From assembly GCA_964416505.1 (NCBI GenBank), contig CAYQEJ010000003.1, positions 54,034 through 118,033 on the forward strand: a stretch of 64,000 nucleotides of DNA, written 5' to 3'. A program made the position numbers and the translations under genes. Shown here piece by piece: positions 1 through 13,091 of this stretch (its first letter is position 1; every line of letters starts with the position of its first letter). A model generated the notes under the pieces. The model made no database searches and had not been told where the DNA came from. It saw only the letters and a list, made by a program, of their open reading frames with translations. This DNA is from an uncultured Gammaproteobacteria bacterium. Its GTDB lineage: Bacteria; Patescibacteriota; Microgenomatia; Levybacterales; UBA12049.

Positions 1-1
1 T

Positions 2-658
2 GCAGATAGACTAGGCGCTTATTTACCTAGAGAAGGGAAGTATCTCCCTAAAGCATTTGATTTCTTAGGAATAAAGTATTTAATTCAAAAAAAATCCGAT
101 GAAGGCAAATCTTGGGCTTTTCCTTTTAATTTATTTCCAAAAAATAAATTTAAACTAATTTATGAAGATAAAAAATTTGAAATATTTGAAAACAAAACAG
201 TATATCCAAAAGCTTACCTGGTTGGAGATTACTTTGTTGAAAACGAAAATCAAAAAATAATTGATAAAATAACAAATTACAATTTAGATCTAAGGAAATC
301 AGTAATTTTAGAAAAAGATCCCAATATAAATAAAAATAAAAAAATTACTGGTGAAGTAAAAATAATTTCCAATACTCCAAATAAGATCGTAATAGAATCT
401 AATTCAGATAACGAAGGGCTTATTATTATTTCTGATAATTTTTATCCAGGATGGAGTGCGAAAATTAATGGAAACAAAAAAGAAATTTTCAGAGCTAATT
501 ATTCTTTTAGAGCAATTCCTGTAACTTCTGGAAATAACCTAATTGAAATGACATATTTTCCCAACTCTTTAAAATACGGAATAATTACTACGGCAATCTC
601 TATTGTAATATTTGCATTTTTTTTAATCAGATTAAAACTACTGAAAGGTAAGTGGTAA
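2..658 (+). CDS. 3' portion of a YfhO-family-like integral membrane protein (partial, start lies off the window)
   Basis: Open frame without stops from position 2 to TAA at 656-658. The translation ends ...FYPGWSAKINGNKKEIFRANYSFRAIPVTSGNNLIEMTYFPNSLKYGIITTAISIVIFAFFLIRLKLLKGKW with a C-terminal TM helix, typical of the YfhO/glycosyltransferase-like membrane protein C-terminus. It is not in the ORF track because it has no in-window start. Confidence 0.5.
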   Translation, partial: ADRLGAYLPREGKYLPKAFDFLGIKYLIQKKSDEGKSWAFPFNLFPKNKFKLIYEDKKFEIFENKTVYPKAYLVGDYFVENENQKIIDKITNYNLDLRKSVILEKDPNINKNKKITGEVKIISNTPNKIVIESNSDNEGLIIISDNFYPGWSAKINGNKKEIFRANYSFRAIPVTSGNNLIEMTYFPNSLKYGIITTAISIVIFAFFLIRLKLLKGKW

Positions 659-740
659 AACTTATTAGAACACTTCTCATTATTTTAATTAATTTTTTAT
701 AAAACCAGTTAAAATCCTGCCCTCCTATTTACCACAATAC

Positions 741-769
741 TTGACATGTTAAGTATTAACATCTATACT
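741..769 (+). promoter_or_regulatory. Sigma-70-type promoter of the MarR gene: -35 TTGACA (741-746), 17-bp spacer, -10 TATACT (764-769)
   Basis: Consensus -35 hexamer and near-consensus -10 with 17-bp spacing, about 10 bp upstream of the ATG at 779. Read directly from the sequence. Confidence 0.45.
745..761. promoter_or_regulatory. Perfect 7-bp inverted repeat ATGTTAA-gta-TTAACAT inside the promoter spacer; candidate MarR auto-operator
   Basis: The palindrome atgttaagtattaacat lies between the -35 and -10 elements of the MarR promoter. MarR-family repressors typically bind short palindromes overlapping their own promoter. Confidence 0.35.
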
Positions 770-778
770 GTGAAAACA

Positions 779-1228
779 ATGAGTGAAAATTTCTCTGAAA
801 AAGTCGCGTATAAGATTCATAAAGCTGTTTTTGTAATGGATAAAATCGCAGACTCTACCCTACAAGATAATATCAATTTAACATTATCCCAATTCCTAAT
901 CCTCATGAACATTGTTCAAAATCAAGGATTAACACAAATTGAAATTGCAAATTTTCTTGAAATCACTCAATCTGCAGTCTCCCGTCAAATTGATGTTTTA
1001 AAAAATAAAAATTTAATTTTAATAAAACAAAATGAAGAAAATAAAAGAGAGCACTTACTCTTCCCTACTTCACTGGGTAAGCAAGTTTTCACAAAATCAA
1101 ATAATATTTTACACAAAACATTTGATGATTTACTCAAAGTAATGGACGATCGAGAAAAAGAAAATTTAGAAAAAAGCTTAGATAAGCTCCTCTTCTCCGT
1201 GTGTGGAAAGAGGAATCCTAATTGTTAA
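779..1228 (+). CDS. MarR-family transcriptional regulator
   Basis: Winged-helix region LTLSQFLILMNIVQNQGLTQIEIANFLEITQSAVSRQIDVLKNKNLI is typical of MarR. Start chosen at M12 of the track ORF (ATG 779), because the upstream in-frame ATG at 746 overlaps the -35 hexamer. Confidence 0.75.
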   Translation: MSENFSEKVAYKIHKAVFVMDKIADSTLQDNINLTLSQFLILMNIVQNQGLTQIEIANFLEITQSAVSRQIDVLKNKNLILIKQNEENKREHLLFPTSLGKQVFTKSNNILHKTFDDLLKVMDDREKENLEKSLDKLLFSVCGKRNPNC

Positions 1229-1240
1229 AGGAGGTGAAAA

Positions 1241-1855
1241 ATGAATAAATATAACGCATTACAAAACGATGAGATAATAAATTTAACTTCCCAAGCGCTT
1301 AAGAATAATGGAATAAACACAATAGTTGTTAATACCGGTAAAGAGGCAAAAGAAAAAGTGTTGGAATTAATTCCCGAAGGAAGTGAAGTAATGACAGCTA
1401 CTTCTACTACACTTGATCAAATTGGTCTTACTGAAGAACTCAACGAATCAGAAAGATTTAATTCAACAAAGAATGAGCTCAAATCTTTAAGTAGAGATAC
1501 TGATCATAGGCGTATGCAGCAAATCGGTGCTGCACCACAATATATAGTAGGAAGCATTCATGCTGTAACAAAGGATGGAGTCATATTTGATGCTTCAAAT
1601 TCTGGATCACAACTTCCAGGATACTCATACGGAGCAGATAGAGTAATTTGGGTAGTAAGTACTAAAAAAATCGTTGCAAACAACGACGAAGCTCTTAAGA
1701 GAATATACGATCATGTCTTACCACTTGAATCCGAAAGAGCAAAAAAAGCATATGGTGTTCCAGGGAGCTTTGTTTCTAAATTACTTATAATAAATCGTGA
1801 AGTTAAAAAAGATAGAATTACTTTAATTTTCGTAAAAGAAGATTTGGGATTCTAG
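1241..1855 (+). CDS. LUD-domain (lactate-utilisation LutB/LutC-like, DUF162) protein
   Basis: RBS aggaggtg lies just upstream. The segment [44 protein letters not shown] resembles the LUD/YkgG fold. The family assignment is from memory only. Confidence 0.5.
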   Translation: MNKYNALQNDEIINLTSQALKNNGINTIVVNTGKEAKEKVLELIPEGSEVMTATSTTLDQIGLTEELNESERFNSTKNELKSLSRDTDHRRMQQIGAAPQYIVGSIHAVTKDGVIFDASNSGSQLPGYSYGADRVIWVVSTKKIVANNDEALKRIYDHVLPLESERAKKAYGVPGSFVSKLLIINREVKKDRITLIFVKEDLGF

Positions 1856-2934
1856 CCTAAATAATCTTTAAGCTTGTTTCCCCGCGAAGGATGTCGAAGT
1901 TTTCGAAGTGATTTTGCTTCAATCTGTCTGATTCTTTCGCGGGTAACAGCAAACATTTTTCCTACTTCCTCTAGCGTTTTTGGTCTTCCGTCTTTAAGAC
2001 CAAATCTTTCTTCGAGAACTCTTCTCTCACGATCTGAAAGAGTAGCAAGAACTTGATCTACTTGCTCTTTCAAAAGCTCTCTACTTGCGGAATCAAAAAG
2101 GGTTGGAGCTGCGCTATCATGAATAAAGTCTCCAAGACGGGAATCTTCCTCATCACTTACGGGAGATTCCAAGCTAGCAGGCTCTTGAGAAATTTTGATT
2201 ATCTCAAGTGCCTTATCAGGATCAATATCTAAAACTTTTGCAACTTCTTCTGGAGTTGGTTCACGACCTAATTCCTGCATAAGCTTCCTTGAGGCTCTCA
2301 AAAATCTGTTAATATTTTCGACCATGTGAACCGGTATTCTAATCGTTCTTGCCTGATCAGCAATTGCACGAGTGATCGATTGGCGAATCCACCAAGTAGC
2401 ATAAGTTGAAAACTTAAACCCTCTTCTCCAATCATATTTCTCAACTGCTCTAATTAATCCTTGATTTCCCTCTTGAATTAAATCTAAAAGCGTTAATCCA
2501 CGACCAACATATTTTTTTGCAATCGAAACCACTAAACGAAGGTTAGAATTAACTAAAATTTTCTTTGCTTCTTCATCACCCTTCTCTACCCTTTTCGCTA
2601 ATACTATTTCCTGATCAAAATTTAAAAGTGGGATTCTACCTATTTCTTTTAAATACATCCTCACGGGGTCACTAACTGTCCCTTCTGTAAGAACTGTCAA
2701 AGCTTCTAGCTCTTTTTCTAAATCTTCAATTGGTTTTTCACTATCTTGATTTTCTGCAACTGATTCGAAAACATCAATATCTGCTTTTATCAATTTGTCA
2801 TACAATAAATCCAAATCCTCAATATGCTCTTCTGGTTTTGGAAACATTGAAAGTATTTCTTCTTGCGTAATATATCCACGTTTTTTCGCAGAATCAACAA
2901 TATCGCTCAAAATGTTTGGGGAATTTTTTGACAT
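1852..2934 (-). CDS. rpoD: RNA polymerase primary sigma factor (sigma-70, RpoD/SigA)
   Basis: Region 2 has [55 protein letters not shown]. Region 4 has [12 protein letters not shown]...[27 protein letters not shown]. Confidence 0.9.
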   Translation of the reverse strand: MSKNSPNILSDIVDSAKKRGYITQEEILSMFPKPEEHIEDLDLLYDKLIKADIDVFESVAENQDSEKPIEDLEKELEALTVLTEGTVSDPVRMYLKEIGRIPLLNFDQEIVLAKRVEKGDEEAKKILVNSNLRLVVSIAKKYVGRGLTLLDLIQEGNQGLIRAVEKYDWRRGFKFSTYATWWIRQSITRAIADQARTIRIPVHMVENINRFLRASRKLMQELGREPTPEEVAKVLDIDPDKALEIIKISQEPASLESPVSDEEDSRLGDFIHDSAAPTLFDSASRELLKEQVDQVLATLSDRERRVLEERFGLKDGRPKTLEEVGKMFAVTRERIRQIEAKSLRKLRHPSRGNKLKDYLG

Positions 2935-2973
2935 AGAATTATTTTATCATAAATTGAGCTCAAATTAAACCTA

Positions 2974-7378
<4,405 letters not shown>

Positions 7379-7395
7379 AGTGCTATTATATTTAT

Positions 7396-8922
7396 ATGCT
7401 CGCCAAAGTTAATTCTGGAGCTTTAATCGGGCTGAACGCTATACCTATTGAAGTGGAGGTAGATATTTCTTCCCAAGGCCTTCCTTCTTTTACAATCGTT
7501 GGTCTTCCTGACAAATCAGTGGAAGAGGCAAAAGAAAGAGTCAGATCTGCAATTAAAAATACTGGTGCAGATTTTCCCGCAAGGAGAATCACTGTAAATC
7601 TTGCACCAGCAGATATTCCAAAAGAAGGTGCCCTTTATGATCTCCCTATTGCCTTAGGAATTCTAATAGCTAGTGAACAGATTAAAACTAATATCTCAGA
7701 TTGCTTATTTATGGGGGAACTGTCCCTAGAAGGAAAACTTCGATCTACTAGCGGCGCTCTCCCCCATTCAGTTTTAGCTAAAGAAAAAAAATATTCATCA
7801 TTTTTTCTGCCTACAGAAAATGCGCAGGAAGCAGCGATAATAAAAGATATTGATGTATTTCCTGTCTATTCCCTACATGAGCTACTCAATCATTTAAAAA
7901 AGATTATAACAATTAAAAAACAAAAGGTCACAAAGATAGAAAATTTTTCTACTGAAGACTTTGAATTCGATATGATAAACATTAAAGGACAGGAAGGAGC
8001 AAAAAGAGCGATGGAAATTGCAGCTGCAGGAGGACATAACATAATTCTAAAAGGACCACCAGGCGCTGGAAAAACTCTTCTAGCTAGAACATTTCCATCA
8101 ATTCTTCCAAAACCCACTTTTGAAGAGGCTATTGAAATCACAAAGATTTATAGCATTTCAGGATTATTAGACAAAGAGGAATTAATAATTAAAAGACCAT
8201 TCCGCTCTCCACATCACACTACTTCCCACATTGGACTGATAGGTGGAGGAAATATTCCAAAACCTGGGGAAATATCTCTGGCTCATAGGGGTATTTTATT
8301 TCTGGATGAATTTCCAGAATTTCAAAGACATGTTTTGGAAGCCATGCGACAACCTATGGAAGATGGATTTGTTACTATTTCTAGAGCTTCTGGGAGAGTA
8401 ACTTTTCCTGCAAAATTTATTTTAGTTGCTGCTCAAAATCCATGTCCCTGCGGATATTTAGGAGATTTAAAGCATGAATGTAAATGCTCAACCTCAGAAA
8501 TTTTAAGATATCAAAAGAAAATCTCAGGACCCATGATGGATCGCATCGACATACATCTCGATGTCCCTCCGGTAAAAACAGATAAACTAATTTTAGATAA
8601 ATCTTCAAATCCTCCATCATCAAGAGAAATTAGAAAAAAAGTACAACTGGCAAGAGATCTACAGACAAGAAGATTTAAAAAAGATAAAATAATTTCCAAT
8701 TCTGAAATGGGAGCAAAACACATTAAGAAATATTGCGACTTATCAGTTGAATCCTCGAAAATTCTTGAGCTTGCGGTCAACAATCTCAATCTTTCAGCTC
8801 GCTCCTATACTAAAACTTTAAAGGTGGCAAGAACAATTGCTGATTTAGACAAATCGCTCAACATAAAACCAGAACACATAGCAGAAGCTCTACAATATAG
8901 ACCAAAAACTGATAACATATAA
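7396..8922 (+). CDS. YifB/ComM-family Mg-chelatase-like AAA+ ATPase
   Basis: N-terminal Lon-like ChlI region (GLPDKSVEEAKERVRSAIKNTG), Walker A GPPGAGKT, and a C-terminal Mg-chelatase C domain. Confidence 0.85.
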   Translation: MLAKVNSGALIGLNAIPIEVEVDISSQGLPSFTIVGLPDKSVEEAKERVRSAIKNTGADFPARRITVNLAPADIPKEGALYDLPIALGILIASEQIKTNISDCLFMGELSLEGKLRSTSGALPHSVLAKEKKYSSFFLPTENAQEAAIIKDIDVFPVYSLHELLNHLKKIITIKKQKVTKIENFSTEDFEFDMINIKGQEGAKRAMEIAAAGGHNIILKGPPGAGKTLLARTFPSILPKPTFEEAIEITKIYSISGLLDKEELIIKRPFRSPHHTTSHIGLIGGGNIPKPGEISLAHRGILFLDEFPEFQRHVLEAMRQPMEDGFVTISRASGRVTFPAKFILVAAQNPCPCGYLGDLKHECKCSTSEILRYQKKISGPMMDRIDIHLDVPPVKTDKLILDKSSNPPSSREIRKKVQLARDLQTRRFKKDKIISNSEMGAKHIKKYCDLSVESSKILELAVNNLNLSARSYTKTLKVARTIADLDKSLNIKPEHIAEALQYRPKTDNI

Positions 8923-8926
8923 ATTC

Positions 8927-9814
8927 ATGGAGAATCAATTTTCCAACAGTGCATCAAGCGGATACTACAAAAGAAGAATTGGAGCGATGATTTTTTTCGC
9001 TCTTTTTTTTATGTTCCTGGGTCGCCAACTTTCTTTTCTTCCCACAATTAATCTTTCAAGAGAAACAAAAGAAAATGACCTAAAAAAAGAAATAACCAAA
9101 ATTACAAAAGACAAAAAAGGTTTTTATTCATATTATTTTAAAGATTTAAAATCTGGGATTTCATTTGGAGAAAACCAGGACCAGATTGAAACAGGAGCTT
9201 CTGTTAATAAATTACCCATCATAGCAGCATTATATTATTTAGATAATCAAGGAAAAATAGATTTAGATAAACGCGTCACAATTCAAGAAAACGATGTTCA
9301 AGATTATGGTACAGGATCTATAAGATACCAGGAAATGCCACAAACATATTCTCTAAAAAACTTAGCTAAGCTTGCATTAAACGAATCTGACAACACTGCG
9401 GCACATGTGATTTCAATTACTATTGGCGAAGATAATGTTCAAAAATTAGTTGACTCGTGGGGAATGAGTCAAACTAGTATGGCAGACAATAAAACAACAG
9501 TATTCGATATGGGATTATTATTGGAAAAAATTTACAACGGTAAAATTACAACTTCTGCAAAAACAAAAGAACTTTTAGGATTTATGACTGACACAGAATT
9601 TGAAGATAGACTTACAAAAGGAATATCAGAAAATGCAAGAATTTATCACAAAACTGGAGACGGCGAAGGCTTCATTCATGATGTAGGAATAATCCAAACA
9701 GAAAAAGGCGCTTATTATCTAGGAGTTATGACTAGCGACATTGGCGATAATGAAGAAGAAACAAAAGCAACTATCGGAGAAATCTCAAAGAAAATTTTTG
9801 ATTCTCTAAATTAG
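8927..9814 (+). CDS. Membrane-anchored class A beta-lactamase-fold serine hydrolase
   Basis: N-terminal TM segment. The motifs fall in canonical order and spacing: SxxK (ASVNK), SDN (NESDNTAA) and KTG (HKTGDGEG). Confidence 0.6.
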   Translation: MENQFSNSASSGYYKRRIGAMIFFALFFMFLGRQLSFLPTINLSRETKENDLKKEITKITKDKKGFYSYYFKDLKSGISFGENQDQIETGASVNKLPIIAALYYLDNQGKIDLDKRVTIQENDVQDYGTGSIRYQEMPQTYSLKNLAKLALNESDNTAAHVISITIGEDNVQKLVDSWGMSQTSMADNKTTVFDMGLLLEKIYNGKITTSAKTKELLGFMTDTEFEDRLTKGISENARIYHKTGDGEGFIHDVGIIQTEKGAYYLGVMTSDIGDNEEETKATIGEISKKIFDSLN

Positions 9815-10840
9815 TTTTTGTTGTTTTTTCTTTTCTTCTTCCTGAATTGGCAAACCAAAATGTTCATAAGCAAGACTTGTCGCCATACGCCCTCTTGGAA
9901 GTCTTTTTATAAAACCGATTTGCAAAAGATAAGGTTCTATCACATCTTCAATAGTAGATATGTCTTCAGAGATAGTTGATGCAATTGTCTCAACTCCCAC
10001 TGGTCCTCCCCCATGCTTTTCAATAAGAGCTTTTAAATATCTGATGTCATTATTATCGAGCCCAAGCGAATCCACCTCAAGCATTTTAAGTGATTCATCT
10101 GCAAGCTTCTTAGTTATTTCCCCTTCTCCATGAACCTGTGCATAATCTCGAACTCTTTTTAAAATCTTAAGCGCAATCCTAGGAGTCCCCCTAGCTCTTA
10201 CGGAAATTTCCTCAATTGACTGATTGTCTATTTTTGTTTTCAACTTATCAGCTCCTTTTCTAATTATTTCTTCCAGCTCCTTAGGTGTATAGAAATTTAA
10301 TCTATGAATTACACCAAATCTATCTCTTAAGGGCGCACTTAAAAGCCCTATTCTTGTCGTGGCACCAATTATTGTAAACTGAGGCAAATCTAACCTTAAA
10401 GTCCTAGCGCTAGGTCCTTTCCCAATGACTATATCCAAGGCATAATCCTCCATAGCCGGGTACAAAGTTTCCTCAACCACCTTATTAAGTCTATGTATCT
10501 CGTCTATGAATAAAACATCACCTTTCTCAAGATTTGTAAGAATTGATGCCAAGTCCCCTGCTCTTTCAATAGCGGGGCCACTTGTTATCTTAATATTAAC
10601 TCCCATCTCCCGAGCGATTAAATGAGATATTGTCGTCTTTCCCAAACCAGGAGGACCATAAAGAAGAATATGCTCTATAGATTCCCCTCTTTTTTTAGCT
10701 GCTGAAATTGCAATTTGAAGAGGTTTTTTAATTGTTTCCTGGCCATGAAATTCACTCCAGTCCTTTGCTCTTAAAGACACAAATAGGACTTCTTCTTCTG
10801 GCGTAACTTTTTCTTCCTTTGTTTTTTTATCTTTTACCAT
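9806..10840 (-). CDS. ruvB: Holliday junction branch-migration ATPase RuvB
   Basis: [12 protein letters not shown] Walker [10 protein letters not shown], and a C-terminal winged helix. Lies in a ruvC-ruvA-ruvB tandem. Confidence 0.95.
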   Translation of the reverse strand: MVKDKKTKEEKVTPEEEVLFVSLRAKDWSEFHGQETIKKPLQIAISAAKKRGESIEHILLYGPPGLGKTTISHLIAREMGVNIKITSGPAIERAGDLASILTNLEKGDVLFIDEIHRLNKVVEETLYPAMEDYALDIVIGKGPSARTLRLDLPQFTIIGATTRIGLLSAPLRDRFGVIHRLNFYTPKELEEIIRKGADKLKTKIDNQSIEEISVRARGTPRIALKILKRVRDYAQVHGEGEITKKLADESLKMLEVDSLGLDNNDIRYLKALIEKHGGGPVGVETIASTISEDISTIEDVIEPYLLQIGFIKRLPRGRMATSLAYEHFGLPIQEEEKKKQQKLI

Positions 10841-11409
10841 TATTTCCCCAGATATTTGAGAACGAATTTTATTTTTTCATCTGCTGTCTTAATATCCTTA
10901 TCTATATTTTTAAGCGCTTCTATAATTTCTTTATGACTGAATCCAAAGCTTTTTAATGCCTCTAATACTTCATTATTTTCTTCTGAATCTACCATAGATA
11001 GATCAAGTATGCTATCATCTCCGAGTTTATTTTTAAGCTCAATTATAATTTTTTGAGCATTTTTTTTGCCCAATCTAGGAACTTGTGTAAAAAAGGAAAC
11101 ATTTCCTTTAAGTATTGCATCTACTACCCCACTTCTGTCTGCAAAAGAAAAAATCGACATTGCCGTCTTTGGCCCTACACCGGAAACACTTATTAGAAGC
11201 TCAAAAAGTTTTAGATCTTGAGTTTCTAGAAAACCAAATAAATCAAGCGAGTCTTCCCGTACATGTGTATACGTAAAAAGAGAAACATCATCTTTACCCG
11301 AATTCACAACCTTTGAAGAAACTAAAACCTTATATCCTACGCTACCAGTGTCTACTATTATATAGTTGCCATCCCTAAGAACAATTTTTCCTTTAACTAA
11401 GCCAATCAT
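10840..11409 (-). CDS. ruvA: Holliday junction DNA helicase subunit RuvA
   Basis: [10 protein letters not shown]...[10 protein letters not shown] is the RuvA domain I signature, with HhH motifs GVGPKTA. The start overlaps the ruvB stop. Confidence 0.9.
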   Translation of the reverse strand: MIGLVKGKIVLRDGNYIIVDTGSVGYKVLVSSKVVNSGKDDVSLFTYTHVREDSLDLFGFLETQDLKLFELLISVSGVGPKTAMSIFSFADRSGVVDAILKGNVSFFTQVPRLGKKNAQKIIIELKNKLGDDSILDLSMVDSEENNEVLEALKSFGFSHKEIIEALKNIDKDIKTADEKIKFVLKYLGK

Positions 11410-11891
11410 AATTTAGAACCCATTTTAGCAGAAAACGTGTGAGTTATTGCAATAGCTAAAGCGTCATTTGTATCATCGAGTTTCGGTATTTTCTCAAGTT
11501 TTAAAATTATCTTAACCATCTGTGCAATTTGATTTTTTTCAGCTCTACCATATCCAGTTAATGCCATTTTTATCTGAAGGGGCGTATAAATAAAAATAGG
11601 AATTTTATTTTCCGCTGCAGCAAGTAGAATTACCCCTCTTGCCTGACCCACCGAAAATGCGGTTTTACTATTTGCTCCAAAAAAAAGTTCTTCAATTGAC
11701 AACTCATCAGGTTTATATTTTTTAATAATTTCTCTTATTTTCTGGTCTATAACAATCAGTCTTTCTTCAATTTTACCGTTTACCTCTGTCTCTATGCATC
11801 CATAATCTATTGGAGTCATTTTTGAATTTTCATTTTTTATAACCCCCCATCCACATCTCCCAATTCCCGGATCAATACCTAAGACTATCAT
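11406..11891 (-). CDS. ruvC: Crossover junction endodeoxyribonuclease RuvC
   Basis: MIVLGIDPGIGRCGWGVI is the RNase H-like RuvC N-terminus. Overlaps ruvA by 4 nt. Confidence 0.9.
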   Translation of the reverse strand: MIVLGIDPGIGRCGWGVIKNENSKMTPIDYGCIETEVNGKIEERLIVIDQKIREIIKKYKPDELSIEELFFGANSKTAFSVGQARGVILLAAAENKIPIFIYTPLQIKMALTGYGRAEKNQIAQMVKIILKLEKIPKLDDTNDALAIAITHTFSAKMGSKL

Positions 11892-11959
11892 TCAAAATAT
11901 TATACTAAAAATGACAACTATTGCTATAAGACTCCCCTTTTTGATAAAATACTAAGATC

Positions 11960-12673
11960 ATGAAAAGGTATAAATTGACAGCGGAACCTAGAAAGATAAC
12001 CGGAAAACAAATCAAAAAATTAAGACGGGAAGGAATACTCCCGGCTAATGTTTATGGCAAAGACATTAAATCTCAAACCCTTCAACTTCCTGTTTCAGAA
12101 TTTTTAAAAGTATACGAAGAAGCTGGAGAAACCGGAGTTATTGATTTAGAGATTGGAAATGACAAAATCCCAGTTCTTATTCACAATCTTCACTTAGATT
12201 GGAAAAACATGCCCCTTCATGTAGACTTCTTCAAAGTTAATCTTAAAGAAAAAGTTACAGCTATGATCCCGGTTGAACTAACTGGTGAACCTATTGCGGT
12301 AACTGAAAAAATAGGACTTCTTGAAAAAATAACTAATGAAGTTGAGGTAGAAGCGCTTCCAACAGAACTACCTGAAAAATTTGAACTCAATGTAACAGCT
12401 CTTAGAAATATTGACGAACAAATCACAGTTGGAATGATTAATAAGCCTGAAGGCGTTGAAATTATCTCTGATCCAAACTTAGTAGTTGTTAAAATCGGAG
12501 AATTAGTAAGCAAAGAGGCTCAAGAACAAGCAGCAGCAGATGCGGCAGCAGCCGAAGCCGCAGCAGCAGAAAATGCAGAAACAGCTGATGGAGAAACACC
12601 TAGTGAAAGTGCACCAACTGAAGGATCTAACGAAGAAGGTCAAGCAACCACAGAAGAAAAGCCTCAAGAATAG
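11960..12673 (+). CDS. rplY: Ribosomal protein bL25 (general stress protein Ctc form) with an Ala/Glu-rich C-terminal tail
   Basis: N-terminus MKRYKLTAEPRKITGKQIKKLRREGILPANVYGK matches bL25. The C-terminal 50 aa are low-complexity A/E/T-rich. Confidence 0.85.
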   Translation: MKRYKLTAEPRKITGKQIKKLRREGILPANVYGKDIKSQTLQLPVSEFLKVYEEAGETGVIDLEIGNDKIPVLIHNLHLDWKNMPLHVDFFKVNLKEKVTAMIPVELTGEPIAVTEKIGLLEKITNEVEVEALPTELPEKFELNVTALRNIDEQITVGMINKPEGVEIISDPNLVVVKIGELVSKEAQEQAAADAAAAEAAAAENAETADGETPSESAPTEGSNEEGQATTEEKPQE

Positions 12674-13084
12674 CTATAAGGAATCCAAAATCTTTTCCAA
12701 TTCTCTTCCCTCTTTAAAATTGGGGTCAATACTAAATACTTTTTCTAAATTTTCCCTTGAAGCTGAAAAGTTCTTGAGACGGAAATTTAATAAAGCCACA
12801 TTCATCTGTGCGTCTCTATAATCTGGTTTTTCTTTGACTTCCCTTTCCCAAAATGAAAGTTCTTTCACTAATTCAAATCTCTCATTTATGAGTGACTTTT
12901 GTCTTTCAAATGCTAAATAAACATTTAAAGAAATTAAAATCACAGCTACAAAAACACTCACAAACCCCACCAGGAAAATTAATTTATCAGAATTTAGCTT
13001 TTCGGGAATAGTTCGGTAATTACTCGGTAATTTTTTACTTTCTTTTTTATTCTTAAGCTTAGCTGTTTTTTTAAATTTTGCCAT
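12674..13084 (-). CDS. Hypothetical membrane-anchored small protein (one TM, helical repeat C-terminus)
   Basis: The ORF fills the gap between rplY and valS. It has a basic N-terminus, a single TM helix and a TPR-like helical tail. No recognisable family. Confidence 0.4.
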   Translation of the reverse strand: MAKFKKTAKLKNKKESKKLPSNYRTIPEKLNSDKLIFLVGFVSVFVAVILISLNVYLAFERQKSLINERFELVKELSFWEREVKEKPDYRDAQMNVALLNFRLKNFSASRENLEKVFSIDPNFKEGRELEKILDSL

Positions 13085-13091
13085 TTAACAA

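Noticed and set aside
12217-12821. Track ORFs 12217-12513 (-) and 12540-12821 (+)
   Set aside because: They overlap rplY (bL25) and the 12674-13084 gene in alternative frames. They have low-complexity S/T or K/Q composition typical of antisense/off-frame artefacts in AT-rich DNA.
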